The notes: a model not told the origin generated them from the letters alone. A stretch of DNA of 64,000 bases from Candidatus Nealsonbacteria bacterium (GCA_030628945.1 DAOVPY010000001.1:136124-200123); one strand, 5' to 3'; counted from the stretch's first letter, positions 35,717 to 43,367 are shown. A program made the numbers and translations.

Positions 35717-36325
35717 ATGTTAGATCCCAAAACATTAAATGAATTTACCAATAAAGCTAATCACGCATATCAGCAATTTTGTGTGTGGATGTATGCGAAT
35801 AACGAATTTGTTAAATATCAGGAAGAGTGGAATAAAATTCCAGAATCAAGAAAACTTTTTAAAACAGAGGAGTTTTCTAGAGAAAAATGTTGTAAGTATA
35901 AAAATTTTTGGGATGTTGTGATCACAAGCCTTCAACAGGGTTGGATAATGGGAGTTATTCGACTTTTTGATTCACCTTATTTTTTAAGAGATATAAAAAA
36001 AGAGCACCCGAGACTATCTTTATACTATATATTAGAATTACTAGAAGATAGTGATTTGGAGCAATCCATTAAAGAAGAAGTAGATAGACATAAAAACTTT
36101 ATTGATTCAATCAAAAAACAACGTCCTATTTTAGCCCATAATGAGATAAAGCCAGTTGACAGGAAAATAGAGGCTGGCATCGAAAATTTATTCGAGGCTT
36201 TAGACAATATAATTACAAAGATAAAAAGCCAGAAACCCCATCTTAAGAACTGTAATAATATCGGTCGTGAATATATGGAAAAGTTGTCCAAGTGTGGCGT
36301 TGAGGAAGTTTTTGAGAAATTATAA
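35717..36325 (+). CDS. HEPN-like (AbiU2-type) protein
   Basis: 202-aa helical protein. KKQRPILAHNE contains an R-x4-H HEPN motif near the C-terminal third. Confidence 0.45.
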   Translation: MLDPKTLNEFTNKANHAYQQFCVWMYANNEFVKYQEEWNKIPESRKLFKTEEFSREKCCKYKNFWDVVITSLQQGWIMGVIRLFDSPYFLRDIKKEHPRLSLYYILELLEDSDLEQSIKEEVDRHKNFIDSIKKQRPILAHNEIKPVDRKIEAGIENLFEALDNIITKIKSQKPHLKNCNNIGREYMEKLSKCGVEEVFEKL

Positions 36326-36335
36326 TTAAATTAAA

Positions 36336-36692
36336 ATGACAAATAAAATAAAAAGGAAAATAAAGGATTGTGAGTTAGAAATTAATCTATTTAGGACTTG
36401 TATTACTGATGGCTCTTGGCTTGTTTCTCGTATCGATGTTTTGCATATAAATACGGGTAAAAAGGCGGCTTATGTTTTTGGCACTGATGCCATTGAGGCG
36501 ACTATTTACGAGAAAAATAACCCAACCCAAAAATTGGTCGATTTAGCTATAGACACATTGATAAATCATCTTGAAAAAACTCCGGACGATTTTAAGATCG
36601 GTTTCTTTAGATTTGAATTCGATGGTTGTCAATTTGATTTTTGCGAGCAAGAACCTCGTTGGGCTAATTATGATTGCGGGATAATAGATTAA
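36336..36692 (+). CDS. Hypothetical protein
   Basis: 118-aa ORF, 10 nt after the previous stop. Confidence 0.45.
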   Translation: MTNKIKRKIKDCELEINLFRTCITDGSWLVSRIDVLHINTGKKAAYVFGTDAIEATIYEKNNPTQKLVDLAIDTLINHLEKTPDDFKIGFFRFEFDGCQFDFCEQEPRWANYDCGIID

Positions 36693-36697
36693 AGATT

Positions 36698-37123
36698 ATG
36701 GAAGATAATAAGCCAGAATTAAATATTTCGATAAGCAGAGAACATAAGGAAAATTTAGAAGCGGTAAAGGAAGCTTTTAAGGGTTTTGATGTGCATATAG
36801 ATGCAGGCTACATGAGGTTTTCGGAGGGAGATTTGCCGATGCAAATTTTTATATTTATCTCTAAGGCTTTTATAGTTAGAGCCGCTTGGGATTTATTTAA
36901 AATCGGAATTAAAAAGATTTATGAAAAGTTTCCCAAAGCTCGACTTGTTATAAGGGACAAGGATTCGATTATGTACACGGTCAAGGTAGATTTTACGGTT
37001 AATGTCATAGTCGTGCCGGATAGGTGGAAGGAATTTGAAGATATAAAAACTCTTGATGACGTGATTGAACATCTGAAATCAAAGGATAATATAAATGATG
37101 CCAAGAAAAATGAGACATCTTGA
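36698..37123 (+). CDS. Hypothetical protein
   Basis: The ATG at 36698 (MEDNKPELN) is preferred over the overlapping TTG at 36674. Confidence 0.45.
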   Translation: MEDNKPELNISISREHKENLEAVKEAFKGFDVHIDAGYMRFSEGDLPMQIFIFISKAFIVRAAWDLFKIGIKKIYEKFPKARLVIRDKDSIMYTVKVDFTVNVIVVPDRWKEFEDIKTLDDVIEHLKSKDNINDAKKNETS

Positions 37124-37157
37124 ATTATTCCTAGATATTGTCTCATTTGTCTCATTT
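37109..37157 (+). repeat. Repeat R1, copy 1: hairpin AATGAGACA/TGTCTCATT plus tandem TGTCTCATT x2
   Basis: It spans the stop of the 36698-37123 gene. Copy 2 is at 42849-42898. Confidence 0.6.
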
Positions 37158-37204
37158 CCCGAACAAAACGCTCTGGCTGTGAATTTCTGTGAAACACCGC
37201 TAAA

Positions 37205-37295
37205 GTTCCAAAACGGAACATAGCACTGTTCCATTGGAACACTGCCTTTCTGTGTTCCGTTTGTTCCGTTTTAGTTTCAAAACGTCCCGACCGAG
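37205..37295 (+). repeat. GGAAC-hairpin module, copy 2 (copy 1 at 34195-34272)
   Basis: It contains GTTCC-AAAAC-GGAAC, GTTCC-ATT-GGAAC and GGAACAC-N9-GTGTTCC (37236-37258), then TTCAAAACGTCCCGACCGAG. IG4 carries GGAACAC-N9-GTGTCCC (34219-34241), then TTCAAAACACCCCTGACCGAG. Confidence 0.55.
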
Positions 37296-37360
37296 ACGGG
37301 TCGGTGGGACACCATAAAAACCGCCTAATTTACCCTTAAAACTCGGGTTCCAAAACCGAG
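37286..37360 (+). repeat. Repeat R2, copy 1 (75 nt)
   Basis: The sequence is CCCGACCGAGACGGGTCGGTGGGACACCATAAAAACCGCCTAATTTACCCTTAAAACTCGGGTTCCAAAACCGAG. It shows about 6 differences from the copy at 42923-42996. Confidence 0.7.
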
Positions 37361-37489
37361 TACGGCAGAATCATTATTATCGCAGGGTCAAAAATCCCTG
37401 TTTTTTGTTTCCAAATTTTATCAATTTATGTTATTATTGAATTGTAAAAATCAAATAGCCTAACCCTCGTAGATTTTCTATGAGATATG

Positions 37490-37643
37490 GCACAAAAAAC
37501 CCGCTACAGGATAGAAAGCTCGTCGTCAGAGCACCTGTAGCGGGTCATATCTCGAAAGGGGTATGGGTGGCGCAAGCCATCGCTGGCGGCGAGCTTTGTG
37601 CTTTTCGTTAGAAGGTATAAATAATAAAAAACCCGCTACAGGT
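37490..37643 (+). promoter_or_regulatory. Candidate structured 5' leader (three-element switch/pseudoknot) upstream of the metallophosphoesterase gene
   Basis: ACCCGCTACAGG occurs at 37499-37510 and 37631-37642. Its exact complement is at 37534-37545. AAAGCTCGTCG (37515-37525) is complementary to CGGCGAGCTTT (37587-37597). A GNRA hairpin GGTGGC-GCAA-GCCATC lies at 37566-37581. Confidence 0.35.
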
Positions 37644-38645
37644 ATGCCAAATCAAAATAAACTTTGGAAAACTAATAAACTTATAATTTATTTTTCTGTT
37701 TTGTTAGTAATCTTTTTACTTGGCGGATTGTTTTATAGAATAGGTTTTTATCACCAGATTTTAGATAAAACAGGATTAGATAAATTATTATGTTCATCGC
37801 AATCTGATTACTTATATCCCAATGAGCAAATAAAACAGCCAGAATTATTTAACAAAGACACTGATTATCCTTTTACTTTTATTGTATATGGAGATAGCAG
37901 AGAACCGGCAGGAATTGAAAAACAGATGATAATAGATAAAATTATTAAAGAAAATCCTGATTTTGTAGTTCATACTGGCGATATGGTTTATTACGGGAAC
38001 GAACACCAATGGAACATCTTTGACATTTTTGAGGGACGAATTATTAAAAAAGGTATCCCATTTTATCCGGTATTAGGAAATCACGAATATAATATAATAG
38101 AAAGTTATCATCCGAAAGAAATTGACAAGCAACTCCAGCTTTATTTTAATCGCTTTCCAGAACTTGAAAATAGACAATGGTATTCTTTCATATACGGCAA
38201 TAGCGAGTTTATTATTTTAGACAGCAATTCTCATTTGTTAGATAGTTATCAATATGATTATCTTGTTGAAAAAATGAAGGATAAAAATGGTTTTCTTTTC
38301 ATTTTTTTACACCATCCTTTTTACACGAAAGCAATCGGAAAAATAATATCGCCCGAAAGAAAAAAGGTTGCTAAAATGATTAAAAATACAGATATAGTGT
38401 TTGCCGCAGATATTCATAACTATGAAAGGTATAAAATTGATGGAATAGATTATATCACTACTGCTGGGGGCGGGGCTAATCCAAGACAAATTAACAGAAG
38501 TCAAGATGATTTTTACAATAAAAAAGGAGCAACCTATCATTATTGTAAAATCAAAGTTTTTGAAGGCCATTTTATTTTTCAGATGATACGATTAGATAAA
38601 AATAAATGGATAATATCAGATACTTTTACTAAATATATTAAATAA
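37644..38645 (+). CDS. Membrane-anchored calcineurin-like metallophosphoesterase
   Basis: The start is taken at MPNQNKLW, followed by a TM helix. Motifs are GDSRE, HTGDMVYYG, GNHEY, LHHP and DIHNYER. The 27-codon upstream extension in the ORF track (from 37563) overlaps the structured leader. Confidence 0.75.
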   Translation: MPNQNKLWKTNKLIIYFSVLLVIFLLGGLFYRIGFYHQILDKTGLDKLLCSSQSDYLYPNEQIKQPELFNKDTDYPFTFIVYGDSREPAGIEKQMIIDKIIKENPDFVVHTGDMVYYGNEHQWNIFDIFEGRIIKKGIPFYPVLGNHEYNIIESYHPKEIDKQLQLYFNRFPELENRQWYSFIYGNSEFIILDSNSHLLDSYQYDYLVEKMKDKNGFLFIFLHHPFYTKAIGKIISPERKKVAKMIKNTDIVFAADIHNYERYKIDGIDYITTAGGGANPRQINRSQDDFYNKKGATYHYCKIKVFEGHFIFQMIRLDKNKWIISDTFTKYIK

Positions 38646-38744
38646 AATCAAACAAAGTTTTGAAAAAGATAAAACAAAAAGCCGAAAATTTAATTGAGAA
38701 ATAAAATTGTGGAAAATACTGAGAAAAAAAGTTTTTGGAAAAAT

Positions 38745-38987
38745 ATGAGAAGGGATAGCGGAGAGCTTAGAGTCCTGATTGTTTTTTCCTTTTCGCTTAT
38801 TGCTTTAATGTTTGGGATTTCAGGAGAAAAGATAATAAAAAGTGGCGTTGCCGGAGAGTGGGAGATTGTTTCAAGTTTTAAGGGGTGGACGCTTTATATT
38901 ACTAGCATTTCTCCTGGTTTATTGGTTTTTGTTTTAGCTACTTTAATTCTTTGTTGGGGATTGCCGAGAGTATTAAAAAATCTATGA
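38745..38987 (+). CDS. Small two-TM membrane protein
   Basis: The ATG at 38745 (MRRDSGELRVLIVFSF...) is used here. The ORF track begins at the TTG at 38694. Confidence 0.4.
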   Translation: MRRDSGELRVLIVFSFSLIALMFGISGEKIIKSGVAGEWEIVSSFKGWTLYITSISPGLLVFVLATLILCWGLPRVLKNL

Positions 38988-39010
38988 AAGAAAAAATTAA
39001 GAAATAATCT

Positions 39011-39142
39011 ATGAAATGGATTAAAGATTTTACAAATTGGCTAACCGATGATGATAGCGGGGTAAGAATTATTATCTTTATTATTATCGTAATCTTTTTG
39101 GTTGGCATTTTCCTTACGGGGGGGGTTCAAATTATCTACTGA
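39011..39142 (+). CDS. 43-aa single-TM peptide candidate
   Basis: MKWIKDFTNWLTDDDSGVRIIIFIIIVIFLVGIFLTGGVQIIY. It is not in the ORF track because it is shorter than 60 aa. Confidence 0.3.
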   Translation: MKWIKDFTNWLTDDDSGVRIIIFIIIVIFLVGIFLTGGVQIIY

Positions 39143-39258
39143 GGAGGATAGAACTCTTGATGATTCGGGGTGGCAATCTCCTGGAAATTAAAATTTTCCT
39201 ACTTAAGAAATAGTGAGTGGCAGGGTGAAACAAAATATACTAAATTGAGTTTTTATTT

Positions 39259-39735
39259 ATGAATAAAGAAAAAAGAAAAAAAGTAGAAGTAATAGTGGCG
39301 GCGACAAGATTGGAAAATTGGAATGTCGCGAGGCGAAGAGGGATTGCTTCTCAAGAAGAAGCCGCAGCCGATGCAGATTATATTGCATTTTTTCAGGTTG
39401 GACGAAAAAATGAACCTTCAGCGATTACTCATATTGCAAGGGTAAAAAAAATTAATCATAAGGCGATAGTGGATGAATTTTTTAAAAAAAATCCAGAAAT
39501 TCTTATGCTGTCTCAGAAAGAAAACAAAGGGTGGGAGAACGATATACATCATACAGAATATCAATTAGAAGAGATAAAGGAATTGCCAAGGCCAATTATA
39601 GAAAGAAAAAGAGTGGGCACTAGATGCCAAGTAAGGCTTTATACTAAGTATGAACAAATTAAAAAAGCAAAGTATTTAAGCGACATTAAAACCATCAGTC
39701 AGATTGAGATGAATGAAAAGAAAAAGCACAAATAA
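39259..39735 (+). CDS. Hypothetical protein
   Basis: 158-aa ORF. No motif recognised. Confidence 0.45.
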   Translation: MNKEKRKKVEVIVAATRLENWNVARRRGIASQEEAAADADYIAFFQVGRKNEPSAITHIARVKKINHKAIVDEFFKKNPEILMLSQKENKGWENDIHHTEYQLEEIKELPRPIIERKRVGTRCQVRLYTKYEQIKKAKYLSDIKTISQIEMNEKKKHK

Positions 39736-39744
39736 AAATAAAAA

Positions 39745-39952
39745 ATGATTTCTGAAGAAAGACTGAAAGAATTCAAAAAGATTTATAAAAAAAGTGTTCA
39801 AAAACGCAGAGAAGAAACAAAATAGCAAAAAGGAATCAGAGGAAGCGAAAAATAATTTATTAGGATTTTTTGATTTACTTCTCAAGATTGATAGGAGAGT
39901 AAATCCTCAAAGATATAAATTAAAAAGAGGAGAGACCTGTTGGAATCAGTAA
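39745..39952 (+). pseudogene. Disrupted small ORF, copy 1 (+1 frameshift in an A7 run)
   Basis: It reads MISEERLKEFKKIYKK, then shifts frame and continues VFKNAEKKQNSKKESEEAKNNLLGFFDLLLKIDRRVNPQRYKLKRGETCWNQ. The length 39745-39952 is 3n+1. Confidence 0.5.
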
Positions 39953-39961
39953 AATTATAAA

Positions 39962-40984
39962 ATGGTTAAAATAAAAAGAATTCGTGGCATATTAAGTGAC
40001 AAGCTTCTTAATTTTTTTATAGAACGAAGGATAAATAATCTTGGTGCTTTGCGATTTTTTATTTACATTTACGCTTTATTAACAAAAGGTTTTTATGTAG
40101 GGGGACATAAAAATGCAAATCACCATTTTATCCCAAAGTTTTTACTTAAAAAATTTCGTATTATAAATACCGGAAACATTTTCATGTATATGAGAGGAAA
40201 AAGATCTACTCCAGTTTCTATTAAGAAGGAGGCCGCAGTTGTTCCAAATTTATACTCATTTCGTGATAAAAAAACCAAAGAATTGAGCGACTTTATGGAG
40301 AAACATATTTTTGCACATGTGTTGGAAAAATATGGATCGAGAATAGTCAGCCGTATTTTAAAAACTGACAAAATTGATCTAACGCATTTAGAAGAAAGCG
40401 TTCTTGTAAACTTTATTGCATTTCAATATACACGCACCCCGAGATTCTTTTTTCAATTAGAACGCGTTTTAACTTATCTCGTGAAGGAAAAGAGTGTTAC
40501 GCCAAAAGAAATGGTAAAGCCGAATTTCGCAAGAGATGTATTTATAAATAATAGTTATCAATTGCGACCTCCGGAAATCGCTCAATTTCTACAAAAAACA
40601 TCACTGAGAATTACTGGCGTGAAAAATTTAATGTTGGGTCTATCTGTTCAGATAGCGGATGACATATCGGTAAATATATTTTCCGGTAAGCTGAACTTAT
40701 TGCGCGCTACGGGATCAGAGTTCTTTTTTTTATCAGACAGTCCAGTCGAAATATTTAATTTTGGTAACAATAGATCGGTCGGTCCATTTTTTTGGGAATT
40801 GAACAATGACTTATTAATATATCTCCCTATATCGCCGACACGTTGCATTTATTATACTCATCGGATCAGTCCAGTATATCCAACTATCAACGCTAGTCTG
40901 ATAGAGAAGTTGTCGCTTCAAAGCATCCACGAATTTGCTTATTCGAATAGAAATTCATCAGTTATTGATAACGCATTGAAATAA
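39962..40984 (+). CDS. DUF4238-family protein
   Basis: The N-terminal motif NHHFIPKFLLKKF is the hallmark HxxP.FYL..F motif of DUF4238. Length is 340 aa. Confidence 0.6.
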   Translation: MVKIKRIRGILSDKLLNFFIERRINNLGALRFFIYIYALLTKGFYVGGHKNANHHFIPKFLLKKFRIINTGNIFMYMRGKRSTPVSIKKEAAVVPNLYSFRDKKTKELSDFMEKHIFAHVLEKYGSRIVSRILKTDKIDLTHLEESVLVNFIAFQYTRTPRFFFQLERVLTYLVKEKSVTPKEMVKPNFARDVFINNSYQLRPPEIAQFLQKTSLRITGVKNLMLGLSVQIADDISVNIFSGKLNLLRATGSEFFFLSDSPVEIFNFGNNRSVGPFFWELNNDLLIYLPISPTRCIYYTHRISPVYPTINASLIEKLSLQSIHEFAYSNRNSSVIDNALK

Positions 40985-40989
40985 TAGTT

Positions 40990-41178
40990 ATGCAAATTTC
41001 AGAACAAACCGTTAAAAGACTTCAGGAAATATTTAAATAAGATTACGGCAGAAAATTAAGCGAAAAAGAGGCCTTCGACGCCGCTTATAATTTATTAGGA
41101 TTTTTTGATTTACTTCTCAAAATTGATATGAGAAAAAACCCTCATATATATAAATTAAAAAAGAAAAAGATTTATTAA
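40990..41178 (+). pseudogene. Disrupted small ORF, copy 2 (in-frame TAA at 41038-41040)
   Basis: It reads MQISEQTVKRLQEIFK, then a stop, then DYGRKLSEKEAFDAAYNLLGFFDLLLKIDMRKNPHIYKLKKKKIY. About 50 nt are near-identical to copy 1 (39851-39900 versus 41086-41135). Confidence 0.5.
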
Positions 41179-41202
41179 AGTTATTAAATATAAGAAAATA
41201 AT

Positions 41203-42843
41203 ATGGTTTATCAATCAAGCAGCAAAAAAGGGGATAAAGCTAGGCTACTTTTTGAGGATTGGAACAAATATGTAGAATCAACCCTTGGTACTGAACCATG
41301 GATTATTGTTTACGCATACCATAAGGATAATTATGAAAGAATGGCATACTATTCTGCTTTAATTCCAAGGAGTATGAGAGAACAAGTTCTTAGCAAAAAT
41401 GATTGGGATTTATTACTTGGTTGGGGTCGTCCTGGTCATATTTATTATGGACAAACAAATGAAGAAAAATACTTTAGATTTGGTAACGATGAAGGCATTG
41501 AACCATTAGTTGTTTATCGTAGTTTTCCGGGAACTGGTATGAAAAGCTACGCAGAGGTATCCGAGGAATTTCGCCATTATTTTAGTCTTTATGATGATGC
41601 AAAGCATAAAAAATATATCGCATTTGACGAAGATGGCGAGCCAGAAGATGTTATCGTATTAGATGAAAACGAAATTAAAATAAAACTAAGATATATAAAA
41701 GAATTTCTTACTAATAAAGATATGTATTTGGCTTTGTTTTTTGAGCACGATAGGGATTCTATATACTCTTTAAAAGAATTAGAGCTACCGAAAATATCAA
41801 AAACTATCAAGGGAGAAAATTTTATTTATGACTACTATACAGCTGATCTTGAATTTATTCCCGAAGGAGAAAAAACAAAATCATTTGCTAGAGTAATGGG
41901 GAAGAAAATGATAGAAGGGCTTAAGGATTATAAACCACTAAGTATTTGGTCCACTAACGAAAATAAAAAATATGTCAGTTTTATAATCGATACCGACAAC
42001 GAAGGAAAAGATATTGAATATATTTGTAATCCTAAGAAATTATCTAATTACTTCGGAGCTAATCCTGGCGCTCCTCACTACTTAACCTCCGTATTTTTTA
42101 AAAGAGAAGTCTTAGGTAAGTATTATGCAGATCCAAATAGGTTTTCGGTTGAAGATGGGTATTTACGGGGCAGAGGATTAAGAATAGATAATAATCACGA
42201 AAAATATGTGATAGTATTTTTGGGTGACTTAGGATATCTATCAGAAAAAGAACAACTCTATTGGAAAAGCTATAATGTTCATTCAGATGGTGTCATAAGT
42301 AAGGTTACTTTTAAAAGAGGTTTTTTGGCTCAATTTACTGATCCCGAAAGAGAAGATTTACTTTTCAAATATAAATTTGAAATTTTTAAAAATAAATGGT
42401 TTAAAAAATTCAACTGGTATTTATTTAAACCTTTCTTGGAACAGGATGAGCATTTTTATACTTCCCTTCGCATTCCTTTATCTGAGAATCAATTAGAATT
42501 TGATCAACAAATACTTTCATTGACCAAAACATTGATTGATTCTTTGAACGAAGAAAAAATTTCTGAATCTATCACTAAAAAAGAGAATCAAGGAGGGATT
42601 ACGAAACTAGAAGAATACCTTAAAGCAAGGGGAGTATCTAATGGCAATCAACAAATAATATTTTTGAGAAGATTGCAAGATTTAAGAGATGGAGTTGGGC
42701 ATAGGAAAGGGACAAAATATTTGAGGGGTGCTAGTTATTTTAGATTAGCCGAAAATAATTTTTCTGAGGTTTACGGGGAGATTTTAAATCAAGCTATTCA
42801 ATTATTAGATTTTCTAGAACAACATTTTTTAGACCTTAAATAA
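41203..42843 (+). CDS. Hypothetical 546-aa protein with HEPN-like C-terminal tail
   Basis: LRRLQDLRDGVGHRKG contains R-x4-H within a helical C-terminal region. The N-terminal ~400 aa are unassigned. Confidence 0.45.
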   Translation: MVYQSSSKKGDKARLLFEDWNKYVESTLGTEPWIIVYAYHKDNYERMAYYSALIPRSMREQVLSKNDWDLLLGWGRPGHIYYGQTNEEKYFRFGNDEGIEPLVVYRSFPGTGMKSYAEVSEEFRHYFSLYDDAKHKKYIAFDEDGEPEDVIVLDENEIKIKLRYIKEFLTNKDMYLALFFEHDRDSIYSLKELELPKISKTIKGENFIYDYYTADLEFIPEGEKTKSFARVMGKKMIEGLKDYKPLSIWSTNENKKYVSFIIDTDNEGKDIEYICNPKKLSNYFGANPGAPHYLTSVFFKREVLGKYYADPNRFSVEDGYLRGRGLRIDNNHEKYVIVFLGDLGYLSEKEQLYWKSYNVHSDGVISKVTFKRGFLAQFTDPEREDLLFKYKFEIFKNKWFKKFNWYLFKPFLEQDEHFYTSLRIPLSENQLEFDQQILSLTKTLIDSLNEEKISESITKKENQGGITKLEEYLKARGVSNGNQQIIFLRRLQDLRDGVGHRKGTKYLRGASYFRLAENNFSEVYGEILNQAIQLLDFLEQHFLDLK

Positions 42844-42848
42844 CTGTT

Positions 42849-42898
42849 AAATGAGACACTATAATATACCCCTAAGTAGTGTCTCATTTGTCTCATTT
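42849..42898 (+). repeat. Repeat R1, copy 2
   Basis: A 12-bp hairpin AAATGAGACACT/AGTGTCTCATTT is followed by a second GTCTCATTT. Confidence 0.6.
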
Positions 42899-42922
42899 GT
42901 GCTATAATTTGGCAATAAAGAG

Positions 42923-42996
42923 CCCGACTGAGACGGGTCGGTGGGACACTCTAAAAATCGCCTAATTTACCCTTAAAACTCGGGTTCCAGACCGAG
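42923..42996 (+). repeat. Repeat R2, copy 2 (74 nt)
   Basis: See copy 1 at 37286-37360. Confidence 0.7.
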
Positions 42997-43131
42997 GTTG
43001 CCAGCCACGAAAAGTGGCTTCGCCACCTCGTGGCAAGCCGCTTTGAAGTGAGTCGGGCGATGAATTGCGTAGCAATTCATTTTCATTTTGCGCGATAACT
43101 TAGCGCTCGGTTCTCCCGACCGAGCTACTAC

Positions 43132-43156
43132 AAAATCGCCAAAATGGCGGTTTTTT
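43132..43156 (+). terminator. Rho-independent terminator
   Basis: AAAATCGCC-AAAAT-GGCGGTTTT followed by further T residues. Confidence 0.5.
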
Positions 43157-43297
43157 GTTAGAATAAAGCAAGAAAGAAAAAATTAATTGAGAAATAAACA
43201 TCATGCGCAATAAATATAACACCCTTACAAACTTGAGAATGTAAGGATGTTATAATTGATAAATGTAGATGTGAGGGGAAAAATGGGGTTAGGTCTG

Positions 43298-43328
43298 TTT
43301 TTTTTCGCCAAGAAGGCGGTTTTTTTTG
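43298..43328 (+). terminator. Rho-independent terminator (A-run/T-run flanked, bidirectional shape)
   Basis: T-run, CGCC-AAGAA-GGCG, then G and T8. Confidence 0.5.
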
Positions 43329-43367
43329 ATATAATCAATATTATGTCAAGCATTCTTACTTATCCAC

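Noticed and set aside
37563-37643. N-terminal extension MGGASHRWRRALCFSLEGINNKKPATG of the metallophosphoesterase ORF
   Set aside because: It runs through the G+C-rich, highly self-complementary leader. The Met at 37644 is directly followed by a typical signal-anchor helix. Similar upstream TTG or ATG extensions were trimmed at 20101, 36674, 38694, 52035 and 60698.
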